Virus record (IMG/VR): IMGVR_UViG_2974513524_000001
Location: 10,896 to 74,895 of that record
DNA length: 64,000 nt
Strand: one strand, 5' to 3'
Origin: a virus
Taxonomy: Duplodnaviria; Caudoviricetes
Both the position numbers and the translations under genes were made by a program. This document shows positions 56,901 through 64,000 of this stretch, one piece after another. How positions within the stretch are numbered: position 1 is the stretch's first letter; each line of letters opens with the position of its first letter. Below the pieces are notes generated by a model. That model did not search any database. It was not told the DNA's origin and worked only from the letters and a program-made list of their open reading frames with translations.

Positions 56901-58010
56901 AGCGTCTACAGCTTCATCCCGAGCAGCCTTAGCCTCAGTAGCAGCTTGTTCACTGGCAGCACGATCCAGGGCTACCTGCCCAGCATCAGTCGCTACTTGT
57001 GCAGCAGCTTGACTAACAGCTGTACGATCCAAAGCAGTTTGGTTTGCAGCAGTGGTAGCAGCCAATTCAGAAGACGCAGCTGCATCCTTGGACAAACCAG
57101 CAGCAATAGCATCGTTATGAGCGTTTGCAGCGTCTTCAACTACCTGATCTTTAGCAGCTACAGCAGTTTGAGCCGCTGCCACAGTGATATCTTCACTGGC
57201 TTTAGCAGCATCCTGAGAAGTCTTTGCAGCATTTTTGCTATCAAGAGCAGAAGCAGCATCAGCTGCTGTTGCGTTAGCAGCAGTTACTGCAATGGCAGCT
57301 TTCTCCGATGCAGTGTGAGATGCAGTGGTGGCCGATTCTTCGGACGCAGTAGCAGACTCAGCATTCTGAGAAGTGGTAACCACTGCTAGATCAGTTGCTT
57401 CCTTGTTAGCCAGTGCTTGTGCAGCAGCTTCTTGAGCAGCCAACGCAGAGGCAGCAGACTCATCAATAGCACCTTGAGCCAATGCAGCGGCGTCGGATGC
57501 AATCTTGGCATCAGCCTTAGCAGAGATAGCTGCTTCACGAGCATCGTCTGCATCACCTTCAATGGTGGTAGCAGCCAGCTCAGCTCGATCAGCAGATTCT
57601 TTAGCTTGGGTAGCAGCATTTACAGCAGCTACTTTGGCTTCGGTGATAAGTCGAATGGCTTCTTCATCGTAAGCAGTAGTGCTTGGTGGCACCTGAATAA
57701 ACAAATCTTGCGCCTTAACCAATTCATTGGTAACAGGCACATAGAACTTGAAACGCGCCAAATCTGGTACGCAGCAATCGTTATAGGAAATTTCATCAGA
57801 CGGCACGTGTACAAAGTACGGCGTGGACGTAGGCATGATTTCTACGATGGCTTTGCCAAATTCATCGGTTACAGCATAGATAGTGTCAGGTAATACAACA
57901 CCATCCTGTTCTTCAATGAACCCGGCATTAGCAAGCTTGATAACGAACGGTTTGTTCGTGTAAGCGGCGCCATCCGGGTCGTAGAATTCAAACTCTACGC
58001 GGGTTGTCAT
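53913..58010 (-). CDS. Tail fibre protein with collar domain and C-terminal RCC1-like repeats
   Basis: GGAG RBS; Ala-rich shaft; VSSVNGETG and GANSDITSL motifs; tail-collar GQLLDRATWPDLW...FRMPD; G-N-x-x-G-Q-L-G repeats. Confidence 0.9.
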   Translation of the reverse strand: MTTRVEFEFYDPDGAAYTNKPFVIKLANAGFIEEQDGVVLPDTIYAVTDEFGKAIVEIMPTSTPYFVHVPSDEISYNDCCVPDLARFKFYVPVTNELVKAQDLFIQVPPSTTAYDEEAIRLITEAKVAAVNAATQAKESADRAELAATTIEGDADDAREAAISAKADAKIASDAAALAQGAIDESAASALAAQEAAAQALANKEATDLAVVTTSQNAESATASEESATTASHTASEKAAIAVTAANATAADAASALDSKNAAKTSQDAAKASEDITVAAAQTAVAAKDQVVEDAANAHNDAIAAGLSKDAAASSELAATTAANQTALDRTAVSQAAAQVATDAGQVALDRAASEQAATEAKAARDEAVDAASAITGALIEYGSIDLSSNTYPPKPNNAGFWKVTVGGVVDGIDYGVGDTLVYSKTEDQFYKIDNTESVSSVNGETGVVVLTKASIGLPLVDNTPDNAKPVSGPQATAIASKEPVIAAGTELQYLNGLKQWVSIYASVRAASLTGFVTDTATAVTALDTVLVALGKLQAQITSSAADINNRAMKGANSDITSLSGLTTPLSIAQGGNGALVGESKASANDPLNNGKYTTSGTWTGSVFPGADSRNQGYLQHDNWTATDYAFQSWISIDPEVTRRQRFKTAGVWGEWVEIKSGGGAGMAVGTTYPWTVSRATIPAGSVPRDGQLLDRATWPDLWALYSTVAIDDSVWLAAPYDKRGLPSKGNGTTTFRMPDTNGKAADGFTISAMTLRGDGRNSAGSAGLHQTDQFQGFRLEHSLKPNYMLQGLNSGYPGASNSASLFGAYFQQVGINYFSLPKFSADGANGTPRFGAETRGSNETVIWCTHGAAKEVNTGSVDVTALATTVVQHTADIAKLQQRKVTQLLGAGHGVLNFLVNGSVYSIMGLPTTYATTGAARGFQAGNTNASSWRFGLPGCSKVPIPDGSPVVKIGGNGICNFALCANGNLYSWGNQSGGQFGIGNTTAQGVPVLSNTAVLDAYSHITNSSLSTGETRFFIKKADGIYSAGNNQYGAAGVGSTAQVLNWTLCFPVATGTVKNLWNLGALYGCTFLQTTDNRLFACGYNLQGQLGTGDAANKLNFVDVTTNWGGSAAVAEITEITGGYGFQSTSVNSRGCTVVFAANKWVRTSGSNEYGQVGKGSAGDVTTPFNVPLVSLPKDCVVAGDGPCNVFVVGQDDKLYVWGHNGQGQDGTGTAGNKFAPTAVPAFSAGGVDRMLNRGFSRNTYAYGHSSFVKMKPVNGSIAVWSIGRSGLGQTCTGNLTDATVPVRTMLPGLDLDGSPFDPELLGQLNTEASEAGGATFVCVSAKGTVVAWGNNSQKGLFETPSAGVYENTAQLFAMPWNQ

Positions 58011-58036
58011 GTTTAATCTCCAGTGAAAGTGGCAGT

Positions 58037-58753
58037 TTACATGCCTGTCAAGTCTAAAACCATATGAGTTGTATACCGATACGTCGCTTGTGGTGGCATA
58101 GGGAAACCCGGAGGGTAATGAGCTTGATCCATAAGCGTAGTTTGTAGGTAAGCAGTAGCACCTGAACTCTTGACACAAACACGACCATAAATGCTACCCC
58201 AAGCCATGTTACCTGGATCAGTAGGGTCGCCTTCTGGCACAGCCTGAAGGTAGTAACCTGTAACACCCTGAACAAAACCAGGGTTAGGAGTAGACATAGG
58301 GTAGGTAGACTGCCCAGGCCAAGCAGCCGGAAAGTCATTAATAGTCAACATTTGTACGACACGCATGTACTTATATCGCGAATCAAATGCGACTTTACCT
58401 GTCACCTTGTTTTTCACAATTAATCCGTACTTATCAGTACGGGGCGGGCAGTACTCAATTTCATCAAAGATGTAGTAGGTGACAGTAGTCCCTGGGTCAA
58501 CAATCCAGACATAGGTACGAGTACCGTTACCGTTGTCTATGACGTTGGCAAGGTAGGTATACCCATTAGTTTTAACGGCAACCATAGAGGTAGGCGAAGC
58601 ACCAGTAGTAATACGGGCATAACGCATACCAGTAGAACCAGACGCTTCGCCAAGAACGGCAGTACCTTTCGAACGAAATGCTAGATTATTGAAATTACCA
58701 TCAATTTGAACGACGTTCGCTACGTTCTTAATCTCTAATCCATACTCAGCCAT
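58037..58753 (-). CDS. Minor tail protein
   Basis: YGLEIKN...QID and YGLIVKN...FDSR duplicated pattern typical of tail-tip accessory proteins. Confidence 0.7.
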   Translation of the reverse strand: MAEYGLEIKNVANVVQIDGNFNNLAFRSKGTAVLGEASGSTGMRYARITTGASPTSMVAVKTNGYTYLANVIDNGNGTRTYVWIVDPGTTVTYYIFDEIEYCPPRTDKYGLIVKNKVTGKVAFDSRYKYMRVVQMLTINDFPAAWPGQSTYPMSTPNPGFVQGVTGYYLQAVPEGDPTDPGNMAWGSIYGRVCVKSSGATAYLQTTLMDQAHYPPGFPMPPQATYRYTTHMVLDLTGM

Positions 58754-59040
58754 CAGTAAACCCCATAAACAAAGGGAATTGCAGCCCGGTTACCGGGCAA
58801 GTATTCCCATGTCCATGAGAGATTACGGCCATTTACTGTGAATACAGGCTGTTCACCATCAAGAACATAAGGGTTATTGGGGTAAGCAAAATACCAAACT
58901 GTTCCAGACACAGGAATCTGGATGTTGCCGGGTTGTGTGCCAGTATTGCTAGTGCCGATCACACGAGTGATGCGGTCAGTAACACGCAAGATTGGCGAAC
59001 CATCCACATCATCAATCACAAGTCCGAAAGTATCTGCCAT
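58753..59040 (-). CDS. Small tail protein
   Basis: FGLVI...DRITR...YGVY pattern typical of genes following J-like tip proteins. Confidence 0.7.
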   Translation of the reverse strand: MADTFGLVIDDVDGSPILRVTDRITRVIGTSNTGTQPGNIQIPVSGTVWYFAYPNNPYVLDGEQPVFTVNGRNLSWTWEYLPGNRAAIPFVYGVY

Positions 59041-60326
59041 TACAGCAACCGTCCTAAAGTAACAACGAGAACGTTGCCCGAGTAGATACGGAATCCGTTC
59101 TCATTAAGTAGTACACGTCCATCGGCGCCACCATTGCCGTTGAACTCCATAGTACCGTTAGCATTAAGTGCCCAACCTTGCTGACCTGCAATGTAGTTGT
59201 CAGATTTAGCGTTGTTGAACTCAATAGTGTCAACTTCAAGGTACTGAGCTTGAATTTTCCCATTTTGTACGAGGAAAGCACCAGTTTCATCACGAAGCTT
59301 GCTAAACGTGAGGTTCTTAATGGCGGCTTCGTCGATATACACAATGCCTTCATCAATAATGAATGGTTTGCGCTTATCACCATCAGTTCGACCAATCCAG
59401 AATCGGTCTACGTCAAAACCAGCTTCTACAGTGGTACCGTCGTTATAGACACCGAAACCACCAATCAATCCATTGACGTTAACCTGTGCAGTGAAACGCG
59501 CACCAATGTCAGTGACCTTGCCATTTACAGTATCAACCTGCGTCTGCAAGGTGAGCTGTACTTGTGCAAGATCTTCGCCCCATTGAGTTTCAACGTTGGT
59601 GATCTGCTCAGCCAAGGCATTGACCTTGGTAGTCAGAGCAGTGGTTGTCACTTGGATGGCAGCAATGTTGCCATTCAGCTCTGAGTAGAGCGTGTTGACT
59701 GTGGAGACGAATGCCTCACCTTGGCTTGCCCGAGCTACAACTTCTTCTTGAAGCAGCGCACGCGTCTCACCAGAGTGTGCTGTGACCTCGTTAATTCGAA
59801 CACCTAAGCCATCGTCATTCTGTGCACGATCAAGCATCTCTTGGGTAATACCCAGCTTGTTCATGGTGATCTGATCAATCTCAAGCTTGAGAGACTGGGA
59901 TAACACACCCAAGTCAATCTTACCGGTGAGTTGCTCAATCATTTCATCAATGAGAGGCTTTGGCTGTGACCAAGCCGGTCCAATCATTTCACTGAACGTG
60001 CCGTTAACCGACATAATCCGAACCCAGTAGTAATACGTGGGTTTAGTTACGTCATCTACGCGGTCATAGTAGAAAGTGCCAGTAAACTGATCGTGGATAG
60101 CAGCAGACTCAGGATCAGGCAACAGACTACGATACAAGGACACATAAGCCACAGCTTGTGGGTTAATTTGTGGCCAAGTGATGTTTACATCAATACCACC
60201 GAATGCAGGAGTAGCAGTGATATAAACATCACTGGTACTTGGATCTCCAGGAACTGGTCCAACCCACCCGCCTGTACCGCAAGTCGGTGTCCCAGTAGCA
60301 GACAGGCTGCAAGTTTCGCCAAACAT
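59040..60326 (-). CDS. Tail tip / host-specificity J-like protein (DUF1983-like)
   Basis: FnIII-like YYYWVR, coiled coil, FDVDRFWI...PFIIDEGIVYIDEAAI. Confidence 0.8.
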   Translation of the reverse strand: MFGETCSLSATGTPTCGTGGWVGPVPGDPSTSDVYITATPAFGGIDVNITWPQINPQAVAYVSLYRSLLPDPESAAIHDQFTGTFYYDRVDDVTKPTYYYWVRIMSVNGTFSEMIGPAWSQPKPLIDEMIEQLTGKIDLGVLSQSLKLEIDQITMNKLGITQEMLDRAQNDDGLGVRINEVTAHSGETRALLQEEVVARASQGEAFVSTVNTLYSELNGNIAAIQVTTTALTTKVNALAEQITNVETQWGEDLAQVQLTLQTQVDTVNGKVTDIGARFTAQVNVNGLIGGFGVYNDGTTVEAGFDVDRFWIGRTDGDKRKPFIIDEGIVYIDEAAIKNLTFSKLRDETGAFLVQNGKIQAQYLEVDTIEFNNAKSDNYIAGQQGWALNANGTMEFNGNGGADGRVLLNENGFRIYSGNVLVVTLGRLL

Positions 60327-60444
60327 AGAAATACCCCTATTTAATTACCCCGTAGTCTATATCAAGCGAGCTTTGCAGCGTAGTACCAAGGGGAACGTAG
60401 CGCAGCGAGGCTCCCCGTCAGGTACTAAAGCTGCAAAGAGAGCG

Positions 60445-60473
60445 TTGACATAGAGAATCAATTTATCTAATCT
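60445..60473 (+). promoter_or_regulatory. sigma70-type promoter
   Basis: TTGACA (60445-50), 17-nt spacer, TAATCT (60468-73). Confidence 0.6.
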
Positions 60474-60479
60474 CATTAA

Positions 60480-60568
60480 CAGGTTACGGACAAACCCCAC
60501 AACTCAACCCTACCTTTGATACCGTTACCTGACTAACCCCCTTACCTTTGGTTTGGGGGTTTTTTATT
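60480..60568 (+). ncRNA. Candidate ~90-nt small RNA
   Basis: Lies between the promoter and a terminator; no ATG-initiated ORF; 5' stem CAGGTTACGG/CCGTTACCTG. Confidence 0.45.
60535..60568 (+). terminator. Rho-independent terminator
   Basis: AACCCCC...GGGGGTT followed by TTTTATT. Confidence 0.6.
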
Positions 60569-60777
60569 GTCTGATGTTCGGTCTCCACCTTGGGCATCCT
60601 GCGGCGCTGCCGCTGGCGCGGACGCCTTGGCGCCCCGGTGTCGACCTCACCATAGGAGATGAGTAGAGGGAGTAGGGGATTCCCTCCGGGAATTTCGATC
60701 CTCGAAAGGGGAGAGGGAGTCCCCCTTATATATAGGGACCGTTTCGTTTTGATCATTTTTTAACCAATGGAGGCTTT

Positions 60778-61194
60778 ATGCACATCCGTGAGTACCCGAA
60801 CCTGTGCGCCTCCCTTGGAGCTGCCAAGGTGGACACCATAGCGTTCCACCAAGCAGACGTGTACGCGCCAACCAAGCGTGCCCGTATCGTGAACAACCCC
60901 CACCGTAAACGGCTGATGTGGAAGCCATTCGGTGAAGACAAAGCCGTGGACGATATCCTCAGTGGGATCGCTCGCCTCGACTATGGTACTGAGCAGGGCT
61001 TAAACCCTGTGAGGTTGTACGTTCTATTGCAGTCCGCAGAACGTATCAGCTCTGAGCTGATCGTTGACGTTATGGGCTTACAGGAGCGTCAAGGCCGCCG
61101 TTACTTGGCTGCCGCAAGACTGGCGATCACTCAGCTGACTCGCCATTTCGAAAACAATCCACTAGAGGTAGGGGATGACACAACAGAAGATTGA
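60778..61194 (+). CDS. Hypothetical protein with possible C-terminal HTH
   Basis: GGAGG RBS; ISSELIVDVMGLQERQGRRYL. Confidence 0.7.
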   Translation: MHIREYPNLCASLGAAKVDTIAFHQADVYAPTKRARIVNNPHRKRLMWKPFGEDKAVDDILSGIARLDYGTEQGLNPVRLYVLLQSAERISSELIVDVMGLQERQGRRYLAAARLAITQLTRHFENNPLEVGDDTTED

Positions 61195-61978
61195 CAATTT
61201 ACCGATTGCTGAGATGGCCAATATGGTCATTATTAAGCAACCTGATACCTATTGGCGTATAGGATATGTACTAGATGGTGTTTTATTTGTACATAAACAC
61301 CGTCATAGCGGAACGTTCAATTCTGTACGTGAAAAAATTCCACAGTATATGAACGTCGGTTGCGCAATCGTTAACTGGGAAACCCAGTGGTACGGCGCAG
61401 ATGAAGATACCAGTAATCTGGAAATATTCAGCCATGAAAATGGGTGGAAAACCTCATTGCTGGAAATTCAGCAAGCTGAAGCCATTGAACGGATCAAAAG
61501 CCAAGAGGTGCGTGGCCCACAGTCACATATCCTAAGTAGTAACGCTGCTAAAGATCCAAGCCCAATCCTGTCTAAGTCCGATGAAGAAATCATCGCTGAC
61601 ATTCAGGCTGGTGTGCTTACCAACAAACAAAAGCCATACCTGATACACATGGAAGAGGTGGATGAACCACCTATCATGGCAGCTGGGGCATTGGCTGATG
61701 CTGGCTTGCTTAACAACCAGAAGATTGGTCTGCCTTCAGACCTGCTGCGAGCAGCCCAATGGCCAGCTTACTGGAAGTTCATTCCACCTGGGTGGAATGC
61801 TGTAGATACTTACCGTATCGGGCAGCTGTTTCCTGTAGACGATCCATCTGGTCGTATCATCCATGCACGCAAAAAATTGCTTGTACCGGGTGTACGTACT
61901 GGTGGTAAATCGATGTTCAAGGATATCAAGGAAGCTCGCGATACCCTGACACAATGGCTGGAGGACAATCCAGAATGA
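61175..61978 (+). CDS. Hypothetical protein with a conserved phage C-terminal domain
   Basis: VDTYRI..LF.V.DP...HARKKLL.PGVR..KS...DIKEARDTL pattern. Confidence 0.7.
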   Translation: MTQQKIDNLPIAEMANMVIIKQPDTYWRIGYVLDGVLFVHKHRHSGTFNSVREKIPQYMNVGCAIVNWETQWYGADEDTSNLEIFSHENGWKTSLLEIQQAEAIERIKSQEVRGPQSHILSSNAAKDPSPILSKSDEEIIADIQAGVLTNKQKPYLIHMEEVDEPPIMAAGALADAGLLNNQKIGLPSDLLRAAQWPAYWKFIPPGWNAVDTYRIGQLFPVDDPSGRIIHARKKLLVPGVRTGGKSMFKDIKEARDTLTQWLEDNPE

Positions 61979-62175
61979 GTGAATTCAAACTGGAAGATCG
62001 TTATCTGGTTATCAAGCGTAGCCATTTGTCTCAACGACAGATTTACCAGCTACAGAAACTGTTGGGCGCTGAAAGCATACCTACAGTGGAATGTCTGGTG
62101 CTTGAACCTGACTGGCCTGAACATCAGGTAGCACTGGCAGCTATTGCTGAACGTGTTAACGGTGAAAGCCAATGA
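61975..62175 (+). CDS. Hypothetical protein
   Basis: EDRYLVIKRS...CLVLEPDWPE; GGAGG RBS. Confidence 0.7.
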   Translation: MSEFKLEDRYLVIKRSHLSQRQIYQLQKLLGAESIPTVECLVLEPDWPEHQVALAAIAERVNGESQ

Positions 62176-63167
62176 GCCAGCGCTATACCAACAATACGGG
62201 CTTAAGCCTGTTTGCACAGGTGTATCTGGCTACTGATCATTATGACCACAGCAATGCTGGTCTATCTGCTACATCACTACTGAAACCAATCAAGCAAGTT
62301 CTCCTGCCCCATCGGGTGCCTGAGAGCGAGCGTGTGGTAGACGTTAGTGAGATGGTGGGCAACCGGACTGGTTCGTCTATTCACGATGGCTTCGAAGCTG
62401 CGTGGAAGGATGACAGGCTACCTGAGACACTCAAGTCTCTTGGCTACCCACCGGGCGTGATCAGCAAGATACGTGTAAACCCAACCAAGGATGAGGTTGC
62501 CAAAGGCGACATTATCCCTGTGTACATGGAGCAACGACTGTCTAAGAACGTGCAGGGCATTAAGGTGACCGGCAAGTTCGACGCAGTGGTGAACGGAGAG
62601 GTCGAAGACCTCAAGAACACCTCCGTGTGGAAATACATGTCTGGTAAGGATGCGGAATACATCATGCAAGGCAGCATCTATCGCTGGCTTGGTCCTGACA
62701 TCATTACCAAAGACTGGATGAACCTCACTTTCCATATCAAGAACTGGGAACGTAGTGGTGCTGCGCGGTTTGGTCCAAACTATCCGCCTGCACAAATGCT
62801 TACCAAACGTCTGAAACTCCATTCATTGGAGGCTACAGAGGCGTATGTTCAGCAGCGCGTTTCAGACCTGATACGGCTGCGGGATGTGAGTGAAGACCTT
62901 ATGCCGCCATGCTCAGATTATGACTTATGGCGTAAGGAACCTCAGTGGCGTTACTTTAAAAACCCTGCCAAGGCTTATGAGCCGGGTGCACGGAGTACCA
63001 AGAACTTCGATAACGCAGCAGATGCTGCAATCCAGTTATCTAAGGACGGCAACGTAGGTGTAGTAATGCACCGTCTTGGTCAAGTAACTGCCTGCAAGTT
63101 CTGTTCAGCAGCCCCAGTCTGTCAACAGCGCTTAGCTCTGATCGCCTCCGGCGATTTGATTGTATAA
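62172..63167 (+). CDS. PD-(D/E)XK / Cas4-like exonuclease (N4 gp42-like)
   Basis: SATSLLKP, EQRL, TGKFD..DLK, QGSIYRWL and C-terminal CKFCSAAPVC. Confidence 0.85.
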   Translation: MSQRYTNNTGLSLFAQVYLATDHYDHSNAGLSATSLLKPIKQVLLPHRVPESERVVDVSEMVGNRTGSSIHDGFEAAWKDDRLPETLKSLGYPPGVISKIRVNPTKDEVAKGDIIPVYMEQRLSKNVQGIKVTGKFDAVVNGEVEDLKNTSVWKYMSGKDAEYIMQGSIYRWLGPDIITKDWMNLTFHIKNWERSGAARFGPNYPPAQMLTKRLKLHSLEATEAYVQQRVSDLIRLRDVSEDLMPPCSDYDLWRKEPQWRYFKNPAKAYEPGARSTKNFDNAADAAIQLSKDGNVGVVMHRLGQVTACKFCSAAPVCQQRLALIASGDLIV

Positions 63168-63184
63168 CCCACTGAGAGGAACCC

Positions 63185-64000
63185 ATGGCACTTCGTCCAT
63201 TTGATGAAATGAGCTTTCATCCCGATATGGAGCGCGTGGTAAATATTCTGTGTGAGAAGACGCAAAGTCAGAATCACCTATTTTTTCGAGTGTTGACCAC
63301 GTTCCACTTCTCGATGATGGCTTCGCAGATGCGAACCAAAATCCGTACGCATGAGAGGGGAGATATCCCTGTAAATATGTACGCCTGTAATCTGGCAACG
63401 TCAGGTGCAGGTAAAGGTTTCAGCCAGAACATTCTGGAAAATGAAATCACTCACCACTTCCGTGAGCAGTTCCTGGAATCCTTCGGCACTATTGCTGATG
63501 TAGAACTGGAACGTATCGCCTTCAAGCGTGCACAACGGAACAATGAGCCAGAAGACGAAGTAAAGCTTCGTGTACTGAAAGAGTTCGAATCGCTGGGTAA
63601 GTACATCTACAGCTTCGACTCTGGCACCACACCAGCTGTTAAACAGATGCGGCATAAGCTGCTTATGGCTAACGCTGGCTCAGTGAACCTGATCATTGAT
63701 GAAATCGGATCTAACCTGCTCGGAAACCAAGAGGTGTTGACCACCTATCTTGAGCTGTTCGACGTAGGGGCAGTACGAGAGAAACTGATTAAGAACACTG
63801 CTGAGAGCGTTCGTAGCGAAGAAATCATCGGTCGCACACCTACAAACCTGCTGATGTTCGGTACGCCGAATAAACTGCTGGATGGTGGCAAGATCGAAGA
63901 AGAATTTATCTCGATGCTCGAAACGGGCTATGCCCGTCGGTGCTTCTTCAGCTATGGCCGAGACACCAACAAAGACTTGTCTATGACGGCTCAAGAGGTC
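63185..64000 (+). CDS. DNA primase/helicase (N4 gp43-like), truncated by the window end
   Basis: Hand-translated MALRPFDEMSFHP...NLATSGAGKG...FDSGTTPAVKQMRHKLL...DEIGSNL. Confidence 0.88.
   Translation, partial: MALRPFDEMSFHPDMERVVNILCEKTQSQNHLFFRVLTTFHFSMMASQMRTKIRTHERGDIPVNMYACNLATSGAGKGFSQNILENEITHHFREQFLESFGTIADVELERIAFKRAQRNNEPEDEVKLRVLKEFESLGKYIYSFDSGTTPAVKQMRHKLLMANAGSVNLIIDEIGSNLLGNQEVLTTYLELFDVGAVREKLIKNTAESVRSEEIIGRTPTNLLMFGTPNKLLDGGKIEEEFISMLETGYARRCFFSYGRDTNKDLSMTAQEV

Noticed and set aside
56870-57650. GCAGCA-rich repetitive DNA
   Set aside because: Simply encodes the Ala-rich coiled-coil shaft of the tail fibre
60484-60756. 90-aa minus-strand ORF across the structured region
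   Set aside because: Low-complexity Arg/Pro translation with no convincing RBS; better explained as non-coding structure
62172-63167. Cas4-like nuclease as a sign of CRISPR
   Set aside because: Core N4 gp42-like gene next to primase; no repeat-spacer array in the window

Overview
This window is about 64 kb of an N4-like lytic podophage genome (Schitoviridae). The gene order and helicase/pol/tail layout resemble the Pseudomonas LIT1/LUZ7-type branch; the host is inferred, not shown. The assembly is permuted. 1-22.7 kb (minus strand) holds the 5' two thirds of the giant virion RNA polymerase, the virion/ejection genes, capsid, portal and terminase. About 22.7-23.0 kb is the probable genome-end junction. 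23-52.9 kb (plus) holds early and middle genes: many small ORFs, a gp2-like SSB, split RNAP II, rIIA/rIIB, AAA ATPases, a vWA protein, helicase, family A DNA polymerase, dCMP deaminase and holin. 52.9-60.3 kb (minus) holds spanins, endolysin and tail genes. 60.3-60.8 kb is a highly structured intergenic region, followed by a nuclease and a truncated primase. No tRNA, CRISPR or integrase was seen. Most notable observations: (1) eight small early proteins with divergent bodies that all carry the C-terminal motif P-x-x-[LIV]-x-M-x-x-L-[IV]-G; (2) a candidate ~90-nt sRNA with a sigma70-type promoter and its own terminator; (3) a natural Tyr->Phe in vRNAP motif B; (4) an RCC1-type beta-propeller at the tail fibre tip; (5) two classes of triloop hairpin (promoter) elements with covarying stems.
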